Part shown: one piece after another, positions 43,705 through 55,746 of the stretch
Position numbering within the stretch: position 1 is the stretch's first letter
How the letters are laid out: each line of letters starts with the position of its first letter
Source: Trichoplax adhaerens
Lineage: Eukaryota > Animalia > Placozoa
Direction: 5' to 3'
Assembly: GCF_000150275.1 (NCBI RefSeq)
Contig: NW_002060945.1
Span: 8,014,011-8,078,010, forward strand
DNA length: 64,000 nt
Notes under the pieces: generated by a model
Seen by the model: the letters and a program-made list of their open reading frames with translations, nothing else
The model's database searches: none
Told to the model about the DNA's origin: nothing
Made by a program: the position numbers and the translations under genes

Positions 43705-46237
43705 ATGCCTAATTCAAAGAAGCGTAAGCATCGCACGAAACCAGGTACTTTCTATGCTACTGCTTGCAAAGCAATTGCTGTAAGAAGTACATTTTGCAGT
43801 AAATTTTAGTCCATGAAATTGGACTTGATCTGAGCTATAGATACCTTTTTTATCATGATTGTGCAGTACGTCATAGCATAAAACTAACATAACGTGGATG
43901 ATAAGCCCGTGCTAAGTTTCTAACTCACTCAATTCAGTATAGATATGTACTGTAGGAGTATTATAATAGGTGCTATTCATGATGATTAATTCGTTCAGTA
44001 TAGCTAAATTCATCCCATAGCTTTGTAAAGAGAAATTTTCGACATGGGCTTACGAGTTATAGTCATGCAGTATGTATTTGACACACAGTTAGCATACGAA
44101 CAGCATACTGAAGGTAAAACTTATGACAATGGTTCATGGATGCAACCCTTTTTTAGCTAATAGTTTCAAATCACTACTGTATGGCAATTGCCTTCTACGA
44201 TTGGATTCACTAGCAGGACTATCAATGCACAAGACTAAAATAATGCTCGCGTAACATCGCTTTACAATTGACTAGACGCTTAGTGCTCGTCTTAGTTAGC
44301 TGAGATAGTGTACGTAGATGCTTTAAAGATGCGGTCATCATCAGCTTACTATGATTCTTTGTCATTGTAAATGATTAGGCCATAAAGAGCAGGTAAAGCC
44401 GACGAGCAAGTACAGTGTAGAAGATTTACTGGAAAGGGTAAGAGATTGCGTTATGTGGTAGAATTTCTGTACTGACTGATAACCCTGACATGTAAGAAAT
44501 TGTTTTTAGGCTACCCAATGTCTGGAGCAATTTCAGTTCGAATTAGCATGTAAGTTCTGTGAGCGTGCATTGGAATCGCAACCTCAGAGTCTGCAGGCTT
44601 TAGAAACTTATGCGCCTATTTTACTGGAATTAGGAGATGTAGAGAAAGCTCACGATGTAAGATCCTATTATAATACGTACATATGTATACTATTTCTTGA
44701 TAGATTTCTACCTTTTAAATCAACTAGCAATGACGAGTTTTTACCTACTCTCGAATCGCTAATTATAATAAAGTAAAATTTTCTTTTTATATGTGTAGTG
44801 TTTTCAGCAACTGATTAAATTGTCTCCTGATACTGGCCATGAAAAGTACATGTATTTAGGCCAGATGTGTGGCGGAGCTGACGCAGTGGGCTACTTCAAG
44901 AAAGGAATCGATATTTTAAAAGTGGAGGTTGATTTCATATCAGTCTACTCCTTTTATTATTAACTATGATATAATTAGTTTATCTCATTGATCAACAGTT
45001 ACAACAAAGTAGTTCAGGGGCATCCAGCGTCAATCAGTTAAATCACTCACGGGAAATTTCTAGAGCTTATTGCTCTTTGGCTGAGATATACCTTACAGAC
45101 TGCTGGTAAAATTTAAAATTTAATTTTAATTTTATGCCTTATCTCTAGTCATATTTTTAAAATTAGTAAATGCTGGCTCTGACTAAGTAACCCCAATTTT
45201 ACTAGCTTTGATGACAATGCTGCGGAACTGTGTGAGAGTTATTGTCGTAGCGCCATTGAATATGATACTAAGAATGCAGAAGCTTACCAACTTCTGGCAA
45301 GTTGTCTTCTAAGTCAAGACCAAACCGATGTAAGGTTCTATCACCTACGGTATTGCCGTGATGTATTATATAGTAGATGCCTGACTTTATTGTAAACTCT
45401 TTATTGCATTTTACAAATGATCTTTATATAGAACGCTAAAGAATACATGCAAAAGAGCATAGCTTTATGGCTGCCCGCTTGTAAGGATATTGAGAACGAT
45501 AATGAAGATATTGAGGTATCATAATATCGTATAAATTGAAGGGCTTTTTAGGAGTCGTTTTTAAGCCAATTAATCATTAATACTATACTTGCCAGGAGAA
45601 CTGCCTGATTCCAAATTACGATTCGCGTATTTCTAGCGCAAAGCTCTTAATAGAACTAGAACAATATGAAGTATGTAGAATTATGTACCAAGTTCTTTGC
45701 CTTGTCCTTACTTTGTCAACTAGCCAGTAACTGTAAGTGTACTTTTCACTTAATTAGCAAGCTGGTGAAATCTTAGATAGATTATTACAAGAAGACGATG
45801 AAGTAGTCCAGGTAATACGATACTAGATATGGAATATGTTGATTAGTACTGATTAGATTACTGCTACAACGTTCAACAATGCTTTTATGTCTGTAAAATC
45901 AGGTTTGGTACCTACTAGGATGGTTACATTATTTAGAAAATGACACTGTAGCTGCTAGACAACATCTAGAAATGGCTCAGAAGGTTATTAGAGCACATTA
46001 TTCTAATGTTATGCTCTTGACTATTTGAATAATATAATAGATATCTATGATTTCCTCTCTTTAACTTAATAGCTCAGCGAAAAGTTTCAGTGCGACGATA
46101 GTAAGGTGAATGAACATATTCAAGAACTTTTACAAGAGATACCAGATCATGACGTTGTAGCAGACCGCGACTTAGAAAGTGAAGATGATGAACATCCAAT
46201 GGAAATGGATGATTCACCAGTTGGTGATACTGCGTAG
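43705..46237 (+). CDS. ACL4: TPR protein, probable assembly chaperone of ribosomal protein uL4 (about 11 exons)
   Basis: Spliced peptide includes YSVEDLLER|ATQCLEQFQFELACKFCERALE, SPDTGHEKYMYLGQM, AYCSLAEIYLTDCC|FDDNA, YDSRISSAKLLIELE, LLQEDDEVVQ|VWYLLGW and an acidic tail. These motifs are characteristic of the Acl4 family. Confidence 0.88.
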
Positions 46238-47232
46238 TGTACAATATGTATATATATACTTACATATACAGTATAATGACTGCTGCAGTTGCGCAAGGTT
46301 AGGCTTTTATGGTTTATTACTCTGCAGGTTACCGATAAACAAATACTATCGGGTTATGCAGACAAGTTAAAGATAAAATTTTTCAATAATGTCTATTATG
46401 TAGCTACTTTTAATAATACTGGAGAAATAGTGCTCTTGGTTTTTACATATAATATACTTTAATTTTGTATTATCGCGACAGCTCTATGTAATAAATAAAA
46501 CAATCCAGTATCCTTCCATATGGATCAATAAAATTTCAGCAAGATTCTATATAGATCAACTATGGCAGAATGTGCCACATTAAATTAACTCTATTTTAAA
46601 GCAAGTCAAGCCTTTGTCTGCACTTAAATATTTGATTTCGATGTGCCATATTAATTAAAAAAATATATAATTGTATTTGTTGACTTTGTGTGCCTAAGCG
46701 TTGTGCTTAAATGATCTATATATCGTGTTACTGAATTTCGCAAGTCTGGCATACCTACCGTCATTTTGTGTTTCTTGCCTACGTTTGCTTGCATAAGGCA
46801 AAAGTGTATAAGTCTTTTTTAACATGTAGTAACTGGCGCCTTATGAAACACCGTATGATATTTCATATTTTGAAATCCTTCACAAAATAAGGAAAGCAAG
46901 CTACTAAACAAGCAAACTAGGATTCCTAGATTATGATATTATAATACATTTAGGAATACGCGTACAGTAAACCGCCGCATCTAACCCGTCGATACGGTTT
47001 GATAGTATCCAAGTTGACAGATCAAGCAATTCTATCGAAAATATGCGTACAACTTGGCAATGGTCGCTCTTCAAGTCATGTTACGGCGTTAATCCTTAAT
47101 ATTTATAAAATAAATTAATGGTTGCCGTTATGCTATAACAATTTTCTTGAATAATCATAGCTTCGCATAGTGAAGGATGCTGAAATACGGCGTCTTATTT
47201 GAAATATACTCGTATAATTCACCCGGTGACGT

Positions 47233-49235
47233 TTACACTGCATTCGCAGCCAAAGCAGATATCTCTGATAATTTTTCCACAACCTTGTAAAATGAGAGAA
47301 GGAATAAAGAAAATATATTTTTTGTTATCGATGGAACACTATTGGATAATAATATTAGTAAATTATGTATACCTCGTTTATTTCAGGTCGATCATTAGGA
47401 TTGACAACCAATAAGAATTTGATCAAATTTAACAGATGATCAGAGTAGCTATGGTAAAACATTGGATAGATATTTTTTATACGTTTATCTTGAGTCATTG
47501 CATATTTCATTGAATATATGACGTCGAAAAAGCCACGAAAAATTGTGAAATTGATCAAATACCTCGGATTGGGAGGAATTTCATATTTTCCGGACACTAT
47601 GGCAAGCGATAGGCTACCACCTCTTTCGTTAACTTGAAATTCAAACGGTGATTGCAAAAAGGCCATAGAGTATAGTAAACAACCTAGAGACTATGATGAG
47701 CAAAATTCAAATGAGGTGCATCTTTTACAGTTCAAGAGACTGCAGAAGATGAGCAAAGATTACGTCAGCGCCTACTAACCCACACATCTATTTTCTCATC
47801 TATTCCACATACATCGCTGGATATATTGAATAGCTCGGGTGCTCTGTAAGCTATGGTGCACTTTTGAGCGGCTGTGTCCTACAATACGGGTATAGTCAAT
47901 GTTAACATTTTCATTAGAAGGATACCTCTGACCCTATGGTTTTCACTGCGTCTGATAAAAATACCTCCATCTTCATGGCGTCCATATGAGTCTTAATTTC
48001 AATTCGAGCTGCCTCCATAGAGCCAAAGTCCATTAGCATAGGATTGTCATTTTCATCAATTAATATATTACCAGGTTTAATGTCTCTGTGTGCATAAGGT
48101 ATAGCTCTTGATTTGTGTAAATGTTGAACAGCAAGGCAGACATCATAGAATATACGAAATATATAATCTTCGCTGAAGTAACTTTTGGTGGTCGAGGCCT
48201 TGTTAATTATATCATAAAGGTTACCTCCCTACACCAGCAATACATCGGTACAAAAAAATGCGGATTTAAAGATTGACTCTTCAACGTATACTCTATCAAA
48301 ATGAATACTTTATCATGTCATAACACATGAATGCTAGATGATTATGGAACAACTTACCGTCAATAATGGTAGAAGCATTAATATTTCAACAGGCTTTCCC
48401 ACAGACATTGGTCTTATAACCGATGAATCAATAATGCTAATTAAATTGGGATGATTAAACATCTTGTAGAAATCGATTTCTTTCGACGCAGCACGTTCTG
48501 CGCATTTATCATGGCATTTGATCCTCTTCAGGGCAAATTTTTGACCAGTTTCGACATCAACAGCCAAATCGACAAAACTGTAGCCTCTGTTCAAGAACAA
48601 TTATAATTTAATCGGCCATGAATGGAAACTTGTATTATAAACAAGACAGTGGTTGTAGACCTATCGATAGCAATTGCAGTTCAACCTAAACCTTATGATA
48701 AATACACTTTACTGCGATATAATCTCATTTACTTCAGTTTATCAAGTACATTCTAAGTTATAAGAAGTCATCGATTGAATTGAGCTATCCTTTGAGCAGT
48801 GACTAAGTAGCATCCGATGTTATAAAGTGGCAGCGGCAACGTATATTGAGTCATTCGATCAATTTCAAATCGAAGACTAAGCTTGAAAATCATACACAGG
48901 AAACGATAGTAATTAACCTACATCGCCATGTCAAATTGTAGCGTTATTTTCTGCTAATTATCACTTCGACATGAACACTAGCTAGTCATGAATTTGCATC
49001 GTACTACTTGTATAAACACGTAGATATGCAATATTCTGCCGTCAAGTATGTCGATGAAAGATGGGTGATAACGGCCCATCTGGTATCCGACATGATTGAA
49101 TTACAATGGATTATTTCAAGTTTTCTTATATAAGAAACAACAAAATTGATGCAATTACCCTTCTCCTATACGATTTTTGACCCTGACAAGGTGGTTGTTC
49201 ACTTGCAGTCGCCCAGTAGTTTGATAGCATCCCAT
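47233..49235 (-). CDS. STK16: Serine/threonine kinase 16 (NAK family), 7 exons
   Basis: MGC N-terminus (myristoylation/palmitoylation type), IGEG|GYSFVDL, FALKRIKCH, AHRDIKPGN, LMDFGSM, AAQKCTIAYRAPELF, DVW|SLGCLLY and GGSLSLAIVSG. Confidence 0.93.
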
Positions 49236-49431
49236 GATAGCTCATTCCGAAGGTGGTGGTAGAAATGAAAATTGCCAAGATTTCACTTGAGTCGGAGACG
49301 AAGAAAGTGACACGATAGCCAGCCCAGGGAAACTGCTGTTACACTGACAAACTGTGCGTCCGGTCCGGTACAGTGACTACCGTCCGTAGGATACCAGTTG
49401 AGACTAGTTGGGACTAGTTGCGACAGCCTTT

Positions 49432-49588
49432 CACCTACAGTACAGTACTGTAGAGTTGAAGCTTTTCACCTTACGGTGATACAGTACTGTACTGTACTGT
49501 ACTGTACTGTATATCTCGACTTGAGACCGTTCCAGTACTACTGTACTGTACAGTACCTGTATACTGTACTGTACTGTACTGTACAGTA
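49432..49588. repeat. TACAG/CTGTA array in the STK16-YBEY divergent promoter
   Basis: ctacagtacagtactgtag, tacagtactgtactgtactgtactgtactgtat and tactgtactgtactgtactgtacagta lie in the 783-bp head-to-head interval. Confidence 0.9.
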
Positions 49589-50018
49589 ATTAAAGGATCT
49601 TTTAGGTCCGAATATAGGCAATTCACTGGCCTCAACACTCAGTCAACAGTCGTGTACTCAGTCCTGCTCCAGTCCAAAGTACTGTATTGTAAATGAAAAG
49701 CTTTGTATTGTAGGGAGACTACGGACATTGACTGGACTTATGACACGGATCGACTGAGTGCCTGGACCCTCCGATTAGCCCACATAGGGAACGCAGCCTG
49801 AACTATTTTACTCATCGTTTCTAATACGGAACAAGGCATCGAATAATTCTAACTAGCTTTTGACTTGATAGACTGAGTTGTTAGGGATACTATACTGATC
49901 ATAGAGCGCGTCAGACAACCATCCAAGTACCATGGTGATAGACAGATGCATGCTGAGACTTTTGCAATGGACCTGGAATGATTGGCAATGGTAGCTTCCA
50001 TACCTGGCTAGAAATGAA

Positions 50019-51993
50019 ATGGTCACTTTCTCTACCTTCAAGCTTGCCACTGTTTTAATAAGAAATACTCAAAGAGCTGTTCGACTCGATGTCAAGCTAT
50101 TCGATCAACATGTTCAACAGTTAATGAGATTATTTGAGCTACAACAATTCGACGTAGCTGTTCTTCTAATTGGACAAGCCAAAATGGCTGAAATAAATAC
50201 ACGATTTAATCCTGATGCAAAAGGTGCCACAGATATTTTATCATTCCCATTTCATGAAGTAAGTCGTCCAATTTGGATAGAAGAGATTCAATTCAGTGAC
50301 GGTTGTGCTGTGTTGAAAAATCAAACCATTACTTTTGTAAACATGCTATTGCATTTACTACTCGGTTTACACAGTCTCTTGCATTCCTAAAATACGCTCA
50401 TTTTCTGGTCCTTGCTAGCGTACAGTATGCAGCGCCTATTTGTTGGAATGATTTATTCTACAGCCTAAGTGGAGAGTAATGGAGGATAAAATTTCTAGTC
50501 AACAGTCTCCTTCAGTAAATCACAATCTCGATTCTTTGTCTCTATTGTACAGCCATGATAGACAATCTTTGCACAAGTAGTACTGAACTTGCATTAGGTT
50601 TTCGTAATGCTTAGCATTAAACGGATGTAGCTAGGCCATAAGTAGCATAATCGTGAAAATGTTACAACCTATAGTGCAATGATTACATCAATGTGTTGAT
50701 GCAAATTGACGCATTAACGATCTGCAATGGCCTCCTCATAATACAAGTCATTGCTATGATAGAACTGTACCAAGACGTTTATTGTCGTAAATTATAATTT
50801 TATCCTTAATAGAATCTACGAGCTAGTCTTTCTTCGAAGTCAATATTACCTTGGGAGTGTGATTTAGGTGATATTTTCATTTGTCCAAAAATGATTTGTC
50901 AAAGATTTGATAAAAGTATACTGCAGGAACAGTTACCGGTAAGTTGGAAATTAAACGATATCATCATGATTTCATCACGATTTTAATTTAAGCCAGCACT
51001 ATAAACAACTCAAAACGGGACGAGTCTTGCAGGATCCGTTCATTCATATTGTAATTAGAAAATTTCCTGTCAATCGCTGGAGTATTAGTCTCGATAAAAT
51101 AATGTTGAAATGTTCATTAACTTACTATAAATTCATGACATTATGCAAAAATATACTTTCCTGCAGCAGTCAGTAATCTAGATTTGTAACAGTGAAGAAG
51201 TTGCTTACTTGCTGAATTACAGCGGTAATCTATAAGTCAAGCACGCCTTACTGTAATAGTTTAATTTCAGGGATTAATATTTTCATTACTCTCTTTATCC
51301 ACGTAAATCACGCCAATAAAAACAGATAAGAATGCAATATTGTACAAGCACTACAGTTGCTAAACATACTTTCCATCGACTTAATAACGCAAGACATAAA
51401 TATATACGTGTACATGAGTTTCACGACGATAACTAGAGGCTAAACCATCATACAGTATATATATTATGCTTTTTATTAATAGTTTTATTTGTAGACCTGC
51501 ATAGGAAATAGCATACACATATAGATACACTGTACAGTATATGGTTGTTAAAATATTTATCAATTTAAAGTTTCGAGTAGATTTTTACCAACAATTCGTT
51601 GATTAATTATATGATAGGTTTACGTTACTCATGGGATATGTCACTTGCTAGGCTATATACATGATGACGAAAAATCACAAATTGAGGTACAATTATTAAA
51701 TTTCCATCTTGTATTTTCTAGTCGTTAGCACTTAAATAGAATACTTGTATGGCAATTGGAAAGATAAATGATAAGCCTGAATTTAATGTAGGCAATGGTT
51801 ATCAAACTATGAATTAATACACTATGATGTATTATGTTTGACTACAATCAATAATATCATGATTTTGCACTCGTTTGTAATGTGGCTTTGTTACAATTAA
51901 TAGATGCATATTAAAGAAAGGGATATCTTGGAGAAGTTTAACCGTGCTAATGGATATTATTGTCTTCCTTTAACACCGCCTTCAAATAAATGA
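50019..51993 (+). CDS. YBEY: YbeY endoribonuclease / rRNA maturation factor (exons ~50019-50258, 50813-50938, 51618-51686, 51904-51993)
   Basis: ATDILSFPFHE, DLGDIFIC, metal motif THGICHLLGYIH and MHIKERDIL. Confidence 0.93.
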
Positions 51994-53223
51994 GAGCTAA
52001 CAAGCATACTGAAACGAAAACGACTTCAATAAAGTATAACTATTAAATTGACATATATAAGGAAGTGAAAATCTGTAATATACTACTGCATCTAGTGTAT
52101 GACTAACAATGTTTATTCACATGGTTGCTGTGCGGTGTTTAGAAGTGTTTTAACACTATTCCGATATTGTCCGTTCATTCGCGAGATTATATCAATGCCA
52201 CTAATTTTAAATATTGACCATGTATGATAACTTTATTAGTAGGTTCATCCAATATTGTACTAAGTAATATGTAGAATTACTCCGGTTGCTGGTCTAAAAA
52301 TGTTTTTCAAATAACATCTTTTTACAAAAAATGCTTGTGAAAAAATACTTGCAATACTTGGCTTCTTTATGTATGTGTATTGTTCAAGAGTTGTATTAGA
52401 GCGTGGTGGTAAGACATTTTATACTTTACTTTTGTTGTAATATAATAACCCTACCATTGAAAATTATTTTATTGCCCTATTTTCTATCTTTTTTAATTTC
52501 ATATTGTTTTCATTATGACTGCTATTACGTAGCAATAAAAAAACATCCTGGAATAATAGCATCTTTATCAATTACAAAATGTAGCAGTAATTATATCTTA
52601 GTAAACACTAACTGGCAGTCAAATATGGAAACAACCACAATTGCAAGATTAATTTTATTTTTAATATCAAAATAAGAGAACTTTATTTAGTTTTTGTATA
52701 TAAAGGTTGGTTTTGCAATAACTTAGCAGTAGAAATAATACACAGTTACTTCCACTTGTCACATAGAAATTATATAGCAGGATAAAGACTAGCACAATGA
52801 ATAATAGGTACAATACTATTAAAAGAGTCTTGTACAGTTGGGTTTAAAGACAAATTGCTAATGTCTGACCTTTTAAGTTATCTAGAAAGACTTTAATAAC
52901 GTCAAGAGCAAAAAAAAAAGATTACTTATAAATCGACTAGAACTTTACATCTATTAATGTATTATTATTATGATTATGCGACAAAATTCTCTCTCATGCA
53001 GTCAAATCATCAACAATTTTTCTGTTTATATTCATACGAGTAACTTATACACATCGATATGAATAAATCACAGTCTAGTTAAAAAGTTACACGTAATAAA
53101 AGTTGGCTTCAAGTTAATTCTATATCGTCATATTGTTATTTAACAGCAAGCCCTGCAGTGATTCAATCAGTTGCATGCATAATTTGATCTTATGATTTAC
53201 TTCATGATTTTTATGACAATGAG

Positions 53224-55746
53224 TTAATTATTGTCAACGTCAACGACGTTGTTTTGAAATTCGCCTTCAACGTTACCTTTAGGGCTGTAATATGCGACAA
53301 CAACGGTTTTACTATTCTTTTTCGACACTCCAATTCCAATTTCTTTGCTACCAGACCAAATCATTTGCGTGAATTTGGCAGCTTTGCTTTTGTAGCCAGG
53401 GAGTGTAAAGTCGTACTCTTCCTTTTGGTTATAGAAATCGTCAGCTACTTTCTTGCCTGAAATCTCAGGGACAGTTTTCTTAAAGGAAAATATTCCCATA
53501 CTATCTCCAACATCATTATCTTCATCATTTCGAATAACCTTGCCTTCCTGGGCAATATTATCAGTCCACGTCTTCGCTTTGTCTGCTAAGTCATTACACC
53601 AAGATAATGCTGACGATCCATGCATACGACGATATTTGTTATGTGCTTTGAAACAATCTTTTTGTAACTTGTCCAATTCACCATCTAATTTAAAATGAAT
53701 ACGAGAAGGCGATTAGGGAAGTTTAGATTCGAATAAAAAAGAGTAAAAAATGGTCATTTTAATGATATTTCTATTGTAATGAAGAACAGTAAGCATCTAT
53801 CTAGCTTGAACTATTAACAGATGTGATTTTAAATGAACTAAATTAAGTTACTACAGATTAATGACATAAGTCATACCATCTATCTCATTTCTATCACATT
53901 ACTACATAGGTGAAAGAAAAAAAGAATGACATCTCGTCAAGGTAGTAACAATTATCGCCATTTACCTGGATCGGCTACTTCTTCGTCAGTTATGCTCTCA
54001 TCAACAACTTTTACATTCGTTTCAAATTCTCCTTCCTTGTTGCCGCGAGGTGAATACAGTGCTACAATGATCGATTGACCATCAGGGGTACATTGATGTG
54101 CGATACCGATCTTTTCTGTAGATGCCCAAACAAGCTGACTAAAGTGTTGAGCACTATTAATAAATCCAGGTAATTCAAAGTTGTAGAGGTCTTTTTCATT
54201 GTACCACATTCTCGCTATCATATCTCCTGAAACGCCATCATCATTGCCATCACTTTCAACTAAGTACATGGCTAAGCTTTCACCGTATTCATCTACGGGA
54301 GTAGTTTTGATGCTTTCTTCATCAATAAGGTCGTTAGCTTTTTGTTGAGCTTTGGCCGCCAACTCGGTCGACCAAGCTAATGGTTCAGACTTATGTTTGG
54401 TACGATACTCATTTATTTCTATCAAGAAATCGTTCTTGAATCCTGTCAATTCGGTATCTAAACAAAATAGATAGCAATTCCCGGAGTTAATTTAAGAGAT
54501 GATTAAATCCGTATACTAGCGCTACCAGCAGCAACAAGAGTATTGCAATGGATCAATTTTGTATTGTATAATATATATGTATAACTATCAGTATAATACT
54601 CAGTTACCAAATAAATAGATCATAAGATTTTGTTAATATTATTATAAAAGTGAAAATGATATAAAAGTATATTATGATTGTGTACTACGTAGTAGAAAGA
54701 TGATTTTCGCTACCAGCATTATTATTACAACTAGTAAGTCTACAAAAGATATTGTAACTACGCTAATAAATAACAAGCAAAACAGTTAATAAAAATTTCA
54801 CTAAGCATTCAAATAATATGAAAACGCGTTTTTCACTCCATTAATTTGATCAGCTGTATATCTACCTAAATTTCAGTTTACAGTCAATTAGCCGCAAGCG
54901 CGTATCTTAACAATTTATATTATTCAACGTGCCTAAACTTACTATCTATACAGCGCTGTAAATATATTTATTATTTATTTTTTTTCCCCCAATAGCTTAC
55001 GAAATTACTACAATTGTTTTCGTCATTATTGATGAAGAAATCTTACCTGGTACATTAAGCGTGGCTGCGATAACGCCTGCTTCTGATTGACTATCAGCTT
55101 TATCGGCTTCATTAGATACTTCTTGCTCGTTACTTTCTGCAGCTGCAACCGATCCTTTTCCTACAGATTTTACTTCTTCCGCAGCCTCATTACTTTGTTC
55201 TTGGGCTGTCTCTTGCGCTGTGTCTTGGGCCGTCTCTAGGGCCGTCTCTTGGGCTGCCTCTTGCGTTGTCTCTTGTGTCGTCTCTGGTGTTGCTTCTTCT
55301 TTCACACTAACAGAATCTTGTTTTTCAGAAGTTGCTACAGATTCTTCTGCGGCAGGAGCGTCTGTAGTTGACTTATTATCGGTAGTATCTTCCTTGGCCT
55401 GTTCTGTCGGTACTTCGTTGGTTTCTTCTTCCTTTACCTCTTCCTTGACTTCTTCTGCAATAGTCGGTTCTGCTGTTGTTTCTACCGGCTCTTCTTTCTG
55501 TTCTTCAGGTGATTGCTGTTGAGTTTCGGCTACCTCTTCTTTTTTCTCTTCAGGAGGAGGAGGAGGTGATTCCGCTTTCTTAACTTCTTCCACCGGTTTA
55601 ACTTCTTCTTTAGGTGGTTCTTTAACGGGTACTGAATTGGATGCCTGTGGCTTGACTGGCTCTTCAGTTTTTTTCGGTGCCGCTTGTGGCTGGCGCCCTT
55701 GTTGAGCAGCCGATACATTGGTCGCTTTGGAATCGCCACAACCCAT
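53224..55746 (-). CDS. Lipid-anchored acidic protein with two GLIPR2/GAPR-1-like CAP (SCP) domains (exons 55746-55047, ~54458-53966, ~53686-53224)
   Basis: MGCGDSK N-terminus and about 230 aa of E/A/K/P/T-rich low complexity. CAP domain 1: INEYRTKH..GESLA..WYNE..HFSQLVW..YSPRGN. CAP domain 2: HNKYRRMH..FTQMIW..YSPKGN. No signal peptide is visible. Confidence 0.9.
55198..55285 (-). repeat. 12-nt coding tandem repeat encoding (E/D)(T/A)(T/A)Q
   Basis: Translation ETTQETTQEAAQETALETAQDTAQETAQE. Confidence 0.8.

Noticed and set aside
43705-51993. Clustering of ribosome-biogenesis genes ACL4 and YBEY, and of two MGC-myristoylated proteins (STK16 and the CAP protein)
   Set aside because: The compartments and pathways differ, and adjacency in a compact genome is easily coincidental.
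50019-51993. YBEY or the dynamin-like domain as bacterial contamination or recent horizontal transfer
   Set aside because: Both have multiple spliceosomal introns and host-like composition. YBEY is a standard eukaryotic organellar gene.
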